In this document: in pieces, positions 34,401 through 35,172 of the stretch
Layout: each line of letters begins with the position of its first letter
Numbering within the stretch: the stretch's first letter is position 1
IMG/VR virus record: IMGVR_UViG_3300043036_000433
Location: 1-35,172 of that record
DNA from: a virus
Lineage: Duplodnaviria > Caudoviricetes
DNA length: 35,172 bases
Strand: one strand, 5' to 3'
The notes under the pieces: generated by a model
What the model saw: only the letters and a program-made list of their open reading frames with translations
Databases searched by the model: none
Told to the model about the DNA's origin: nothing
Program-made: the position numbers and the translations under genes

Positions 34401-35172
34401 ATGAGTATGTTAACACAGGCATGGCTAGAAGACCAGACGAGCATTCGTTGTCTATTAGTAGAAGTTACTGCTAGAAATGTCACTACAAGTACTGAAGTTA
34501 CGTTTTACCTTTCAAATATGGGGTATACTACAACAACAGCTGATGTAACATATTTACCTTATTTAACAGGCTCACTTCAAACTACAGAAGCACTTGGCAT
34601 TGACAACAATTTATCAATGAGTTTTGGTGATATTCAAGTCGCTAACTTAAATGGCGAATTAGATGACTGGTTAGACAGTACTAAGTATGTTTGGGTTAAT
34701 CGTACAGTAAAAGTTTATTTAGGTGACCCAAGATGGGTTTCATCTAACTTAACTGCTGTACGCGCTAACTTTGAGAAAATATTTGACGGTGTAGTAGCTG
34801 ATGTAGACTCTAGCTCTCGCGATAGCCTTAATATTAAAGTACGCGATAAATTACAGCGTCTTAACTACCCGCTAACAGAGCACACATTAGGTATTTATGG
34901 GACCTGGGCAGCAGGCCAAGCTAATAAAGACACTATTAGACCGCTAATATTTGGTGAAGTAAATAATATTTCCCCAATATTAGTAGACCCTAGTAAATTA
35001 GAGTATATGTTTAATGATACTGGCGCGGCATTAGATATAACTAGTACTGTAGGTACTGGTTTTATTTACTGTACAAGTGCTGTAGGTCTTGTCACTAATG
35101 CAGCAGTAGTTTTTAGTATGCCGACGGCATATGCAATATCAGGTACATTAACCAATAGTTCTATTAGTAGTA
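34401..35172 (+). CDS. Tail tip / baseplate hub protein, 5' part (truncated by window)
   Basis: AGGAG RBS; MSMLTQAWLEDQ…FGDIQVANLNGELDDW…VYLGDPRW…RDKLQRLN…RPLIFGEVNNISPILVD; absent from the ORF track because no stop is reached. Confidence 0.75.
   Translation, partial: MSMLTQAWLEDQTSIRCLLVEVTARNVTTSTEVTFYLSNMGYTTTTADVTYLPYLTGSLQTTEALGIDNNLSMSFGDIQVANLNGELDDWLDSTKYVWVNRTVKVYLGDPRWVSSNLTAVRANFEKIFDGVVADVDSSSRDSLNIKVRDKLQRLNYPLTEHTLGIYGTWAAGQANKDTIRPLIFGEVNNISPILVDPSKLEYMFNDTGAALDITSTVGTGFIYCTSAVGLVTNAAVVFSMPTAYAISGTLTNSSISS

Noticed and set aside
1-35172. Prophage, integrase or other mobile element
   Set aside because: No integrase, repressor, transposase or host genes; organisation matches a virulent T5-like phage.

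Overview
Segment of a lytic T5-like siphophage genome (Demerecviridae-like architecture), probably from a circularised assembly. 1-7.9 kb (+): early genes (ThyX, AbrB-like, HD-domain hydrolase, MazG-like, many small ORFs) ending in T5 D2-like and D3-like genes. 8.1-8.9 kb: a promoter-to-terminator, ORF-poor, highly base-paired ~820-nt minus-strand unit that looks like a large structured ncRNA. 9-15.2 kb (-): a pre-early / terminal-repeat-like region with three further A2/D3-like DNA-binding paralogues, a DEDDh exonuclease, HAD phosphatase, SprT-like protease, HNH protein and micro-ORFs. These gene blocks are separated by five copies of a palindrome-rich intergenic cassette (core GGTCGCTT-N-AAGCGACC), four of them preceded by an antisense promoter-like element. 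16-35 kb (+): T5-like morphogenesis operon (TerS, TerL, HNH nickase, portal, fused protease-capsid, head/tail completion, tail tube, frameshifted chaperones, 2293-aa tape measure) followed by a truncated non-T5-type tail-tip gene. All family calls come from motif recognition by eye; no database searches were run.
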